Of a stretch of 64,000 nucleotides of DNA, positions 1 to 13,064 are shown piece after piece (position 1 is the stretch's first letter; each line of letters starts with the position of its first letter). Under the pieces are notes generated by a model that was not told the DNA's origin, did not search any database, and saw only the letters and a program-made list of their open reading frames with translations. The DNA is taken from contig OZ001293.3 in the NCBI GenBank assembly GCA_963921275.4, positions 6,624,001 to 6,688,000 on the forward strand. Reading direction: 5' to 3'. The position numbers were made by a program, and so were the translations under genes. The DNA is from an uncultured Hormoscilla sp. Lineage in GTDB: Bacteria; Cyanobacteriota; Cyanobacteriia; Cyanobacteriales; Desertifilaceae.

Positions 1-1877
1 GGAGAAGCTAACGCCCTTCTGTAATGGACGGGATATGCTGACGCCCTCACGGTAACGTCAATTGTGAAGTTGTAAGTAGCAATGCATACGTCATGAGCAC
101 GATCTCCGAATCGATGAATGAATGGAAGGATACCCCCTGGCGAAAGTTGGATCGGGTAGTCTTTAAGTTGCAAAAACGAATTTACAGAGCGGTAATGGAA
201 GGCAATAAGCGAACGGTTCGCAGACTCCAAAGGTTACTGGTAAAATCCCGGGCTGCCAAAAGTCTAGCGGTACGACAGGTAACTCAAGACAACCAGGGAA
301 AGAAGACAGCGGGAGTGGACGGTGTAAAAGCACTGACCCCAAAGCAACGCTTAGAACTGGTAGGACAAATTGAAATCTCAAACAAGGCCAAACCTACACG
401 TCGTGTATGGATACCAAAACCAGGGAGAGACGAAAAGCGTCCACTAGGAATACCAACGATGTACGACCGGGCGACACAAGGACTCCTCAAAATTGCGCTT
501 GAACCCGAATGGGAGGCGCATATGGAAGGAAACTCCTATGGTTTCAGACCGGGTAGGGGATGTCACGATGCAATACAGGCAATATTCGGAAGCATCAAAC
601 AAAAATCAAAGTGGGTATTGGATGCTGATATTGCAAAATGTTTTGACAAGATAGACCACAGGGCGCTACTGGAAAAACTGAATACAACATCACCCATTCC
701 TAGACAAATACGGGCATGGTTAAAAGCCGGTGTGATGGACAAAGGGGAGTGGCACGCAACCGAGGCGGGAACGCCCCAAGGGGGTGTCATATCCCCACTG
801 CTAGCCAACATAGCCCTCCACGGGTTAGAGGAGGCAGTAAAGAAACTCGCTATGACACAAAGGGAAAAGCAGAAGCTAACAGTAGTTAGATATGCAGACG
901 ACTTTGTGATAATGCACGAGGATAGGGAGATGATAGACAGAGCGCAGACAGTGGTAGCAGAGTGGCTAAAAGGAATGGGGTTAGAGCTGAAAGCCGAAAA
1001 GACAAAGATAGCCCACACACTAATCGAAGAAAACCCGGGGTTTGATTTCCTAGGATTCAACGTAAGGCAACATCAGGTGGGAAAACACAGAACCGGCAAA
1101 TCAACTCAGGGAACACCCCTAGGCTACAAAACCCTAATCAAACCCAGTAAAAAGTCCATAGGGAAACATAAAGAACGGTTATCAGAAGTGGTAACTAGCC
1201 ATAAAACAATACCGCAAGAGGCCTTGATAAGTAGGCTAAACCCAATAATACGGGGATGGTCAAACTATTACAGGACAGTGGTAAGTAAGGAAACTTACAA
1301 CGATATGGATAAATACCTATGGAACATCCTATGGCAATGGGCCAAAAGGAGGCACCCTAATAAGTCAAGTCACTGGATAGCCCGTAAGTACTGGTCCGTA
1401 GACCAGGATGGTAAATGGCGATTCCGATGTAAGACAGGAGAGGGAGAGATAACGCTGCGCAAACACTCCGAAACTGAGATAGTCAGACACGTAAAAGTGA
1501 AAGGAATAGCAAGCCCATATGACGGGAACCTTACATATTGGAGTACAAGGTTAGGCAAAAACCCCGAATTGAGTAAGAGGGTAGCAACGCTACTTAAGAA
1601 GCAAAAAGGAAAATGCCAACACTGCGGACTAACATTCAAGGACAGTGACAAATGGGAAGTTGACCAGATCAAGCCCCTTTCATTAGGAGGTAAGGACCGG
1701 TATGACAACCTACAATTACTGCACAAGCATTGCCACGACTCAAAGACTGTCAACGATGGCAGCAAAAACAGCCGTACCCATGACAAGGGTGATGTTGCCG
1801 AGGAGCCGGATGAGGTGAAAGTCTCACGTCTGGTTCTGAAGACGAGTCGGTCCGGTGACGGACTGGCTTAGTTTAAT
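1..1877 (+). mobile_element. Group II intron A (IIB, RT-encoding), 5' end outside window
   Basis: DIII-like sequence at 1-55, RT ORF, DV gagccggatgaggtgaaagtctcacgtctggttctg at about 1803, DVI ending cttagtttaat at 1877 (same end as introns C and D). Confidence 0.93.
93..1871 (+). CDS. ltrA: Group II intron reverse transcriptase/maturase with C-terminal HNH domain
   Basis: RT0 GKKTAGVDG, RPLGIP, GTPQGGVISPLLAN, RYADD, thumb NPIIRGWSNY, CxxC plus NLQLLHKHCH. Confidence 0.96.
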   Translation: MSTISESMNEWKDTPWRKLDRVVFKLQKRIYRAVMEGNKRTVRRLQRLLVKSRAAKSLAVRQVTQDNQGKKTAGVDGVKALTPKQRLELVGQIEISNKAKPTRRVWIPKPGRDEKRPLGIPTMYDRATQGLLKIALEPEWEAHMEGNSYGFRPGRGCHDAIQAIFGSIKQKSKWVLDADIAKCFDKIDHRALLEKLNTTSPIPRQIRAWLKAGVMDKGEWHATEAGTPQGGVISPLLANIALHGLEEAVKKLAMTQREKQKLTVVRYADDFVIMHEDREMIDRAQTVVAEWLKGMGLELKAEKTKIAHTLIEENPGFDFLGFNVRQHQVGKHRTGKSTQGTPLGYKTLIKPSKKSIGKHKERLSEVVTSHKTIPQEALISRLNPIIRGWSNYYRTVVSKETYNDMDKYLWNILWQWAKRRHPNKSSHWIARKYWSVDQDGKWRFRCKTGEGEITLRKHSETEIVRHVKVKGIASPYDGNLTYWSTRLGKNPELSKRVATLLKKQKGKCQHCGLTFKDSDKWEVDQIKPLSLGGKDRYDNLQLLHKHCHDSKTVNDGSKNSRTHDKGDVAEEPDEVKVSRLVLKTSRSGDGLA

Positions 1878-1993
1878 CTCTAGTAATCCTACCATTGACT
1901 TGGGCCTACTACCCAGTAGCCGTGTGCGGTGAAAGTCGCATGCACGGTTTCGAATGGGAGGGTTGGAAAGCGATTTCCAGCTCGACCCCTAAT
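1878..1993 (+). mobile_element. 3' part (end of DIV, DV, DVI) of host group II intron B, interrupted by intron A
   Basis: Second DV tagccgtgtgcggtgaaagtcgcatgcacggttt and DVI ending cgacccctaat; aligns with 3' ends of introns E-H. Confidence 0.88.
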
Positions 1994-4303
1994 TATTCTA
2001 TTGAGCCCCTGAAATTTTTTATCCGTGTTCCAATACGTTTAATCACTGATTCTATTGAACCAGAACCGATAGAACTCACTGATTCTAACTGATAATACTG
2101 ATAATCAATTATTCGAGAAAGATGTTTTTCCAAATAATTACATAAATTCTGAGCAGCTTTCTTTTTGAGACGATTGAATAATAGTATTGTTTCATCAACT
2201 TTTCCCGACCAGAGGATATTTTTAGCTTTTTTATCCTCGTGGCACTGGTTCCGCTGAACAGGATAGCCCAAAGGCTTGCCCTCTATGAATTATAGATGAT
2301 ATAATGGAGAGGCTGAGACTTTTCCGGAATTGGAGGTGTGTTATGGAACTATTCTCGCAGTGTTGTCCCTGTTGTGGGAGTGAAGAGGTACACCCTCACC
2401 ACCCTCCCTGAGACTCAACACAACGGTAGCCGCACCATCCACCATTGCCAGGCGTGTGACATTTACTACAGTGAAACCTTGGCCACTTAGCGGGTCTACG
2501 AACTCCCTGAAGTCGGATTATCCAAGTTCTTAAAGCCAGGAGTGAAGGGATGGGTCTCAATGCAGTCGCACGAACCTTTAACGTCTCCAAGAAAACTGTC
2601 ATCGATTGGGAAGACCGTCTCGGGGAGCTCAAACCAGTTCTGAGGCTCTCTGCCTGGCTCCATCAGTTGATAGAATTGATGATTGAAGGAGATGAACTCT
2701 ATACAAAGGTGGAGAAAAATGAGCCGCCTGCCCTGAGTCAAGGGTGGAGGATTGTTAGTCGGGATCTCCGGCGTCTTCCGCGTACTCTTGTCCTTCAGGA
2801 CAAGAGTACGCGGAAGACACCGCCCAGTCGTTTTTTGTGGGAGTTGCACTGTGGCTCGAAAGACCAACAACTGTTTAAGCGAGCCTTAAATACTTTGGTT
2901 GAAGTGATTTCGCAAACCGAGGATCTTAGCCTGTTTACCGATGGGGAACGGCGTTATGGTAATTTGCTCTTTGACATTTGCCATGAGGTGATCCGAGATG
3001 GCCAACCCGGTCGTCCCCCCAAACCTCTGCCTAAAGGAATACGGGTCAGACTCAAGCATAAAGGAGCCAAGAAGCGAGTGGGTCGTCCTCGTAAGAAATA
3101 TGAAGCTCCCGTGCCTGAGCATCCTCAGACAGAGACGAAAGTGGTAGAAAACGAGATTCATGCCAACCATGTTGAGGGATTCAATGCCTGAATGCGACGG
3201 CGAAATTCGGCTTTCCGTCGCCAAACCAACACCGATGCGAAGTCTCGTCAACATCTCCAAAGAACCCTGGATTTCTTCTGGGTCATCCACAACTTTGTAC
3301 GGGTGCATTTCACGACTAAAGTTGTCCCTGCTGTCAAGTTAGGGCTCTTGGAAACCGGAATATCAAGGTCTCAATTATTTAGCATACGATCTGCTCTGTA
3401 ATTCCCTAAATTCAGCAACAAGACCCCAAACACTTAACGAAACCAGTGCCATCCTCGTAGCCTCCTACTTTATGAAGATTTTCCTTGAGATGATACCAAT
3501 CTAATATTTCTCTTGCCTGGTTCGCCTATCTGTTTAAATAATTTCCAAATTCCTGCATGTCCATCTCCTAGACAATAAAATGGAGCAAAAATTTTTTGAC
3601 AATTTACCCAGTTTGTTCTTCTTAAAAAAATGCTCTGCAATATATCCCACTGACTGCTTTATAATCTTTCCATTCACAAGCTTGTCCTTTTTCTTCTGTT
3701 CTAATCCTTGCTTTTCCTCCAGGCGACTTCTTTCACTTCCAATCCTGATGTTGGCAACTTAAAATCCTGCCTTTGAAATAATCTATGTAATGTACTATGA
3801 CTAATTTTTATTCCCGTGAGATCTGCAGCTTTTTGATAAGATTCATTCGCACAAATTAACATAGCATTTTTCTCCATTTTGGGACTGGATTTCACATGAG
3901 ACTTCAAAATAATTAGCTTGTCGATTGGTGATTGATATCTTTCTTTGTTGTCAATTGACGTTTTTTCCTGTTTTTATCCCCGTATTCAATAATTTGTGAG
4001 TTCTGGACCCACTCTTTCGAGCAGAAAATTGTTCAATTTCTAAATCTTCAAAATTTTCTAAGTTTGGGAAATTTTAACCAGTAGAGCCAAATTTGTTTTT
4101 GTCTATACATTCATCAATTTCAAATTCGTCCATATCAAAAAGTTGTTCTGGGTTCATAGCAGCAAGAAAATAACTTCAATTTCAATCTATCATAGATAAT
4201 GTATAAATATCCAAAAGACTGCAAGTTTTTATTATATAATTATTAAATAGTTATTATAAATATTTATTATGATTAGTCACAGATGCAAAAGTGAGATGCA
4301 CCC
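1994..4303 (-). mobile_element. Degraded ISKra4-like IS, interrupted by IS1 and by intron B
   Basis: Fragments SIGSGSIESVIKRIG (1993-2271) and ANESYQKAADLTGIKISHSTLHRL (3701-3907); end gggtgcatctcacttttgcatc at 4303. Confidence 0.7.
2241..3450 (+). mobile_element. IS1-family element with disrupted transposase
   Basis: TIRs ggcactggttccg / ggcactggtttcg; 8-bp TSD atcctcgt at 2233-2240 and 3451-3458; EGDELYTKV and ANHVEGFN motifs; internal stop at 3191. Confidence 0.9.
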
Positions 4304-4460
4304 AATACCTTCTGGCTTATGTTTGTGGCTCAAATTGTCAATGGCGTGGCTGGAGGGGGTACTTAGCACAGCACAAGCGTACATTGCCGATGTATCTACA
4401 TCACCTCAAGAACGGACTAAAAACTTTGGTCTGATAGGGGTAGCAGCGGGAATTGGGCTT
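4304..4460 (+). pseudogene. MFS (TetA-like) transporter fragment
   Basis: GVLSTAQAYIADVST.PQERTKNFGLIG motif; truncated by IS end. Confidence 0.65.
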
Positions 4461-6134
4461 AACTTCACCGTCCAAGCTAAACAGGTCCAAATCTCTGACT
4501 AATCAGGGACTTGACTCCTTGATGGCTGTGGAGTTGAGTAACCGCATTCAGAACCAACTAGGTGTGGATGTACCCACCATGAATTTGATTGGAAGTGCAA
4601 GTATTGCTTCGTTAGCAATGGAGCTACTTCAGCAAATAACGGTAACCGACCCAACCACTTCAGCAGACGAAGGTGATTTGATCGTTCGCTTCAAACCCCA
4701 TCGGGATGCTCCCCTACGTCTGTTCTGCTTCCCTTACATGTCGGCAGGACCGTCCGCGTTTCGCCTCTGGTTTGATGATTTGCCATCCGACATATATAGC
4801 ACTACCAAAGCAGCTTAGGACGTATAATGTAAAACAAGAAGACCGATTCGAGGAGAATAATAATGCCGGCCCCTTACAGCTATGATTTTCGGAAAAAGGC
4901 AATCGAAGCTTATAAACGAGGTGAACGAAAAACAAACATATGTCGAAAACTCAATATTAGCAGGAATACTCTGGACCTTTGGTTGAAAAGAGAGGCTGAG
5001 ACTGGAGATTTTTAGGCTAAAACAGCCAGTCGCAAAGGTCTCAACCCAAAATCAACAATCAAGAAAAGTTTCGTGCGTTTATAATGGAGATAAAACTCAA
5101 AAAGAGATGGCCATATTGTGTTACACAACCAAATATTAGTAGGACCATGCTTTGGTTAGGGATAAGCAGAAAAAAAAAGACCTATGGATATCGGGAAAGA
5201 GATGAAGAAAAACGTCAAGAGTTTTTGCGAAAACTAGATAATCTCGAAAAAAATAAGAGAATATACGTTGATGAGGCGATGTCTCCGGAGTAGTGCGATT
5301 AGCGCTCTCCGGAGACATCGCAGGAATAGATAACAGAGAAGAATACCCCTATGGTTACTGCGATCCGAGGAGAAAGATTTTACGCAATAAAATCCGGAAA
5401 ACTAACCGAGAGAGTCAGTTGGATAGCGGCGCAGAGAGAAGATAAGGTCTTTGCTCCTTTAGTATTTAGTGGAGGTTGTAACAAGGATTTATTTGAATTT
5501 TGGGTAGAATTCTGTTTAATCCCTCAACTTGAGGAGGGAGATGTAGTTATTATTGAAAATGCAAGTTTTCATAAGTCAATATTCGTTAGGGAACTAATTG
5601 AGTCGGCTGGATGCGAGCTGTTATACTTACCAACCTATTCTCCCGATCTTAATAAAAGAGAGCATTGGTGGTTTGTTCTCAAGAATTGGATGAAACAAAG
5701 GATAAACGAATTTGAGAATTTCCAAGACTGCATTGATGCTGCCTTTCGAGAATGTCCTAATGTATTTGCGTAATGCAATAACTTTGTGCGGTTAACCTTC
5801 TGGAAGTGTAGACCGTCTGGGAGAACAACCCTTCCAGCAGCTAGCCACTTTGCTGCCAGCCTTGGCAGAAGTTATGCTTCCCTATCTAGACAAGCCCTTT
5901 GCTTTCTATGGTCATCGCTTAGGAGCACTGCTGGCTTTTGAAGCGGCTCGTTACCTGCGCCGAGAACATGGTTTAAATCCGGCTCACCTGTTTTTTGCTG
6001 CTTGGTTTGATCCGGTGCTCCCAAATCCATATCCTTCTGATGACGAGTCTATCCAAGCAATATCATCCATTACCGATTTATCGGAATCAATATCTCAAGA
6101 ACTGATGCCACTTCTGAGTTCGTCCCAGGAGTAG
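4461..6134 (+). pseudogene. PKS C-terminal remnant (ACP plus thioesterase) split by IS630
   Basis: GLDSLMAVEL ACP motif; LRLFCFPY; PFAFYGHRLGALLAFE (catalytic S replaced by R). Confidence 0.8.
4797..5778 (+). mobile_element. IS630-family element, degraded
   Basis: TA flanks, imperfect TIRs ending ttaggac; YVDEA, ENASFH and LPTYSPDLN motifs. Confidence 0.85.
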
Positions 6135-6140
6135 ATTAAA

Positions 6141-6464
6141 CTAAGCCAGGGACCGACTCGTCTTCAAAACCGGACGTGACACTTTCGCGTCATCCGGCTC
6201 CTCGGTCTCGTCATCTCTGTCATAGACACGGCCTTTGCTGCCATCCCTGGCAGACTTATAGTCATGGCAATGGTCGTGCAGCAACTGTAGGTTGGTGTAC
6301 CAGTCCTTGCCCCCCCGAAAGGTAGGCATTATATGGTCCACTTCCCACCGGTCGCCATCCTTGAACATTAATCCACATATTTCGCATTTGCCCTTTTGTT
6401 TCCTGAGCAGGTTGATTACTCTAGTGCTCACGTCCGGGCTTTTCCGCATTCTCATGCTCCAGTA
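6141..6464 (-). pseudogene. ltrA: Intron C IEP, 3' segment (DNA-binding/HNH)
   Basis: YWSMRMRKSP...EVDHI...NLQLLHDHCH; joins in frame to GDLV at 10583 once intron D is removed. Confidence 0.85.
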
Positions 6465-6470
6465 ATTAAA

Positions 6471-6854
6471 CTAAGCCAGCGGGTCGCTCCGCCGACTCGT
6501 CTTCAAAACCGGACGTGACACTTTCGCGTCATCCGGCTCCTCAGTTTCGCCATCCTTGTCATGGATACGGCCTTTGCTGCCATCTCTGGCAGACTTAACA
6601 TCATGGCAATAGTCATGCAACAACTGTAGGTTAGAGTACCAGTCTTTTCCTCCTCGCGAGACTGGTAGAATATGGTCAACCTCCCACTTGTCACCGTCTT
6701 TGAACTTCAGTCCGCAGTGTAAACACTTACCATCCTGCCTTTTGAGCAGATTAATTACCCTTGTGCTCACATCCGGGCTTTTCGTTAGCCTTTTGCTCCA
6801 ATAGACTAGATTACCGTCGAACGGGCTTGCTGTTCCCTTTACCTTTATGTGTCT
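6471..6854 (-). pseudogene. ltrA: Intron D IEP, 3' segment (HNH), cut off by antisense intron F
   Basis: RHIKVKGTASPFDGNLVYWS...EVDHI...NLQLLHDYCH; in frame with ETEIV at 7726. Confidence 0.85.
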
Positions 6855-7725
6855 GTGCGATTCGTTCTAGCCTAACGTGGTCAAACACGGAACGCTAGCC
6901 CGGTTTCATTAGCCGGGAACTCTGACCGCATGGGGGTTAAATTCCCCTCCCCCCAGGTACGGGGGTGACACCGGTCCTCGGTGCTACGAAGCGACATCAT
7001 CGTGGTGCTAAGCGAGGACTCAAATGTAGGATAACTGGCAGCCTAAGCCGGTGACGCCGCTAGGAAAGATATCCAAGGTTAGAGCAGGCAAACATGTGCA
7101 AGCCTCGTTATAAGGAACCAGCGAAATAAGGCTATATGCGCTGGCCTAAAAAGGAAATGGTAGCTAGTATTAGTTTTAGACTCTGGCTAATATAGTACTC
7201 AAATAGCTCCCGGGGTATAGTGTGGACCTAAAGGTATCGCGAAATGTTGTTAGGGAACGAAGTAACCTCTCGTGTGCTGTCCATCAGGACAAGTTAGATG
7301 TTAAGCGCAAGCCACGGGGGGAGGGATGGCCCAAGAAGCGAATGCCCGGGGTAATTCCTGGGATAACATCTACAGTAATGTAGATGATGCTGGGTAGCCA
7401 GCGCTGACGTGGGTCGGTGATACTAGGAAGCTGCTGGAATGAGTAATCCTAAAAAGCCACGGAACTAATCCGAAACGCAAGTGGAGGATAAGGTATGGAT
7501 AACTGGTAAAACTGACTTGAAAATGGTGATACTAACGGTTATCAGAACAACCACTCGCTAAACCAGGAAAGGGAAGAAAAGACAGGCGGCAAGGGCTAAC
7601 GGAAGTAATTCCTATTAAGTCTACCTATGAAAAGGGCCTAGTACCCAGTAGCCGGATGCGGTGAAAATCGCAAGTCCGGTTCCTCAAGGGAGGGTCGGGA
7701 AGCGATTCCCGGCTCGACCCCATCC
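6855..7725 (+). mobile_element. ORF-less group II intron F, antisense inside the intron D ORF
   Basis: GTGCGATTCGTTCTAG start; DV tagccggatgcggtgaaaatcgcaagtccggtt; removal restores ETEIV|RHIKV. Confidence 0.9.
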
Positions 7726-9138
7726 GACTATTTCAGTTTCAGTGTAGCGGGCCAGTTTTACGATGTCTCCACCTTTTGTTTTTCCAGTGAACCTCCACCG
7801 GTCACTCCCGGTCAGGGCCCAATATTTTCTGGCAATCCATCTACCCGATTTGTTGGGATGCCTTCCCTTCGCCCATTGCCATAGCAATTCCCACAAGTGT
7901 TTATCCATAGAGCTGTAAGTGACCTTACTTACCACCGTTCTGAAATAGTTACTCCACCCCCTTATTACCGGGTTCAGTTTTGCTATCACAGCCTCCTGTG
8001 GTGCTCCTTTATGGCGGCGTACTATCTGCAATAGTTGCTCTTTATGATTTCTTATGGATTTGTCACTAGGCTTGATTATGGTTTTGAATCCTAGGAGGGT
8101 TCCGTGGCCATTTCTGCCGCTTTGATATTTTCCTACTCTGTATTGTCGGATGTTAAACCCTAGGAAATCAAATCCTGGGTTTTCTCCTTCCAGAGTGTGG
8201 GATATCCTCGTTTTCTCGGCTTTTAGCTCTAGTCCTATCTCCCTCAACCACTTTTCAATCACTCCTTGCGCCTTCTCTATCTTCGACCGGTCCTTATGCA
8301 TAACCACAAAGTCATCCGCATATCTTACTACGGTTAACTCATTTTCCTCTTCCTTTGTGCGGGCGAGTTCCATCACTACCCCTTCCAGCTCATGTAGAGC
8401 TATGTTGGCTAGTAACGGTGATATCACTCCGCCTTGAGGAGTCCCGGCTTCCGTGATTTCCAATTTCCCCCGGTCCATTACCCCGGCTTTTAACCATCCC
8501 CGTACTTGCTTACGGATTAATGATGTGGTATTCAATTTCTTTAGGAGTGCAGAATGATTGATTTTGTCAAAACACTTTGCAATATCCGCATCTAACACCC
8601 ACTTTGGTTTCCATTTGATGCTGAGGAATATTGCTGCAACCGCATCATGGCATCCTCTTCCTGGTCTGAATCCGTAGGAATTGGGTTCCATATACGCTTC
8701 CCATTCGGGCTCCAGCGCTTGTTTAACCAATCCTTGAAGCGCGCGGTCGTGCATCGTTGGTATTCCTAATGGCCGCTTCTCGTCCCTTCCTGGCTTCGGT
8801 ATCCACACTCGACGTGTGGGTTTTGCCTTTGCCTCTCTGGTAACTCTGAGTTGGCCTACCAGTTCTTGTCGCTGCTTTGGGGTCAATGCTTTAACACCAT
8901 CCACTCCTGCAGTCTTTTTTCCCTGGTTCTGTTGTATTACCTGCCGAACCGCTATCATCTTTGCGGACCATGACCTATTCAGTAACCCTTGGAGCTTGCG
9001 AACTTTCTGCTTATTGCCTTCCTGTGCCGCTCTGTAAATTCGTTTTTGCAGCTTAAAGACTACCTTCTCCAGCTTTCGCCAGGGGGTCGTCTTCCATTCA
9101 TACTCTTGTCTTTCGACTAAGTTCCGTGACATATTCAC
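7684..9138 (-). CDS. ltrA: Intron D RT/maturase, truncated before the endonuclease domain
   Basis: Full RT0-7 with RYADD and thumb; last 13 aa are read into intron F. Confidence 0.9.
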   Translation of the reverse strand: MNMSRNLVERQEYEWKTTPWRKLEKVVFKLQKRIYRAAQEGNKQKVRKLQGLLNRSWSAKMIAVRQVIQQNQGKKTAGVDGVKALTPKQRQELVGQLRVTREAKAKPTRRVWIPKPGRDEKRPLGIPTMHDRALQGLVKQALEPEWEAYMEPNSYGFRPGRGCHDAVAAIFLSIKWKPKWVLDADIAKCFDKINHSALLKKLNTTSLIRKQVRGWLKAGVMDRGKLEITEAGTPQGGVISPLLANIALHELEGVVMELARTKEEENELTVVRYADDFVVMHKDRSKIEKAQGVIEKWLREIGLELKAEKTRISHTLEGENPGFDFLGFNIRQYRVGKYQSGRNGHGTLLGFKTIIKPSDKSIRNHKEQLLQIVRRHKGAPQEAVIAKLNPVIRGWSNYFRTVVSKVTYSSMDKHLWELLWQWAKGRHPNKSGRWIARKYWALTGSDRWRFTGKTKGGDIVKLARYTETEIVGWGRAGNRFPTLP

Positions 9139-9501
9139 TACTACTTACAACTTCACAATTGACGAGACCGTGAGGGCGTCAGCTTATCCTATCCATTACA
9201 GACAGGCGTTTGCTTCTCCACTCAATCTCCCCCTGTTGCGTCCTGCCTTCCGGAGAGCAGATGTTACGCCTGTGGTGGCTACTCCATCTATCGACCGGTG
9301 ATGGAGAGTACTGCAACCGGGTTATTTCGTTCCTACAGATGATTAGTCGTAACCTTAGATGGGTTCCTATACGCCGGGTTTATTGTCAGTGCTTGCCGGT
9401 CAGCTATTCATCTGCCGGTGACCATTATCCTTTCCCTTTTGGGACCAGTGTGCCAGCCTTATTTCACTGGTTTGGCGTAACGACGTTGCAAACCTTTGCT
9501 T

Positions 9502-10335
<834 letters not shown>

Positions 10336-10582
10336 TACGCTCATCATAGTTACTTGCTCGGCGGTAACCGATTTTTGGCTTTCAGTCATTGCGCCTTTCC
10401 TTCCCGCTTCACGGATTGATGCCATCGCTACCGTGGGGAGGGTGCTGTCACTCCTGCACCTGGAGGGGTGGGCTTTCACCACCATCATCTATAAGTTCTC
10501 GGGGCTAATAAAACCCCGGTAGTGGTCCCCTTTATTGATTTTTTGACATGTGTCAAGTCATTTTACACTAAACGAATCGCAC

Positions 10583-11407
10583 GACTAGGTCGCCATTATA
10601 CGGGCTAGCTGTCCCTTTCACCTTTACGTGTCTGATTATCTCAGTCTTTGAGTGCTGGGTAAGCTCTATCTTCTCCTTGTACTTGGTTTTGCCGATGAAG
10701 TTCCACCAGACATCCTTGGTAAGAGTCCAGTAATTTCTGGCAATCCATTTGATCGATTTGTTGGGGTGCCTTCCCTTTGCCCATTGCCACAGCAGTTCCC
10801 ATAGGTAGTTGTCCATATCATTGTAAGTTTTCTTACTTATCACAGTCTTAAAGTAGTTACACCATCCCCGTATTACCGGGTTTAGCTTGGCTATCAGAGC
10901 TGCTTGTGGCGCTGATTTATGGCTGCGTACTATCTGGGATAGCCGCTCTTTATGTTTCCTGATGGATTTACTACTAGGCTTAATCAGTGTCTTGAATCCT
11001 AGGGGGGTTCCGTGGGTTGATTTACCGCTTCTGTATTTCCCTACCACATATTGTCGGATATTGAATCCTAGGAAATCAAATCCTGGATTTTCTCCTTCCA
11101 GCGTGTGGGATATCCTGGTTTTCTCGGCTTTCAACTCTAGTCCTATTCCCTTTAGCCAGTCGGAAATCACTCCTTTTGCTCGCTCAATCATTGACCGGTC
11201 GTCGTGCATTACCACAAAATCATCGGCGTATCTGACTATGGTCATCTTCCTCTTCTCTTCCCTTGTGCGAACTTTCTGCTTGTTGCCTTCCTGTGCCGCT
11301 CTGTAAATTCGCTTTTGTAGCTTAAAGACTCGGCGCTCCAGCTCTTGCCAGGGCACCTCCTTCCATTCATACTCTTGTCTTTCGACTGAGTTCCGTGACA
11401 TGTTCAC
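10583..11407 (-). pseudogene. ltrA: Intron C IEP, 5' segment with in-frame internal deletion
   Basis: GNKQKVR|TREEKRKMTIVRYADD; lacks about 213 aa relative to the D protein. Confidence 0.85.
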
Positions 11408-12072
11408 TACTACTTACAACTTTACAATTGACGAAACTGTGAGGGCGTCAGCTTATCCCATCCATTACAGACGGGCGTTTGCTTCTCCACTCAATCTTTC
11501 CCGGTTGTGACCTGCCTTCCGGAGAGCAGATGTTACGCCTGTGGTGGCTACTCCATCTATCGACCGGTGATGGAGAGTACTGCAACCGGTTTACTTCGTT
11601 CCTACAGATGATTGGTCGTAACCTTAGATGGATTCCATACGCCGGGTTTGTTGTCAGTGCTTATTGGTCGGTCCAGAATCCGCCAATGACCTGTATCCTT
11701 TCCCTTTTGGGCCAGCGTGTTTAGCCTTATTCCGCTGGTTTCATGTAACGACGTTGCAAATCTTCGCATTATGCTCATCATAGCTACTTGCTTAGCGATG
11801 ACCAGTTTAGGCTGCCAGTCATTACGCCTTTCCTTCCCGCTTCACGGATTGATGCCATCGCTACCGTGGGGAGGGTGCTGTCACTCCTGCACCTGGAGGG
11901 GTGGGCTTTCACCACCATCATCTGTAAGTTGTCAGGGCTAATAAACCCTGCCAGCGGTCCCCCTTCTTGACTCGTGTCAAGTTAGTTTATGCTAAACGAA
12001 TCGCACTCTAGAGATATAATCTAGCGCGGTAATTTCTCTGGTCGAGAAGTTGAACTCAACTTCTCGACAATT

Positions 12073-12450
12073 GTGAAAAAATCAGGAATTCAAATAACAC
12101 CCAATCAATTTTTCGGAACGATGTCCCCTGGAAGCACTATTCCTACTACCCAGGGGACATCGCTTGGTGATTGGTATCTTTTGAAATCAGAGATGCAAAT
12201 GGTCAGGCGATCTACCCATTCGGCCAAGATGCTATGGGGTATATTATGTAGGCAGAAGACGGATAGGTCCGTGGCGATCGCGACTGCAAACCGTCCCCAG
12301 TTTTCCTCTAAAGATCTTGCGGTCGGAAGTACGGAGTCCAAAGCAGCCGCTACCGAAACATATATCTCCTATTGCGGTCAGTATGAAATTCAGGATAGCA
12401 AGGTGATTCATCATATTGAAGGGATCCTATTTCCCAACTGGGTTGGTGTA
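12073..12450 (+). pseudogene. Lipocalin-like domain protein remnant
   Basis: FFGTW*LVSFEI after removing a 44-bp insert; YISYCGQYEI...VIHHIE..LFPNWVG. Confidence 0.6.
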
Positions 12451-13064
12451 GATAGCATCCCCTATTTGCCTATGTATATATTTTGAGCAAATGTCGTACA
12501 TGTTAAAATAACTCCGAACAGAGAACTCCGAACATAGAACCCGAGAATTGGCAATTTCATGCCAAAGTGAGATGCGCCCCATACTATCCCCTCTTTCACC
12601 GATCGTATCGGGCTAGTTATTGATAGTATTTCTATCTCTTTTTTTTGAAATTTTCTTTGATATTTGGCGAGCTTTTTCTTGCTTAAATAAGGTGATTTAC
12701 TAAACTTATATATTTATAGAAAACCACAGCAAACTATTGTGCTGTGGATGTCTGCTTAATTTTTATTATTTTTTTATCGCACCCGATCGCTTTTATACCT
12801 TTCATCGTAGTTTTACTCAATTTTTATAGCGCATTAACCTGAGTAATAACTACTTAATTATTTTCCTGATTTCCGGATATGTTGTAGCTGCCTCTGGTTC
12901 TATCTGGACTACTAAGGCGGGGAATTTATTGGCTATGGGAACTTTCTGAAAGTTGTAATGACCAGAAATTAGAGCTAAGGCGATCGTTAGGGCGATCGCA
13001 TGCAGGGCGGCAGAACTTTTGTCCAATGAGCCAGTCATTTCACCTCAAACATGGATATATCTAT

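Noticed and set aside
6135..6854. DGR template/variable repeat pair next to an RT
   Set aside because: The two similar segments are the 3' ends of introns C and D; differences are not adenine-specific and the RTs are group II type
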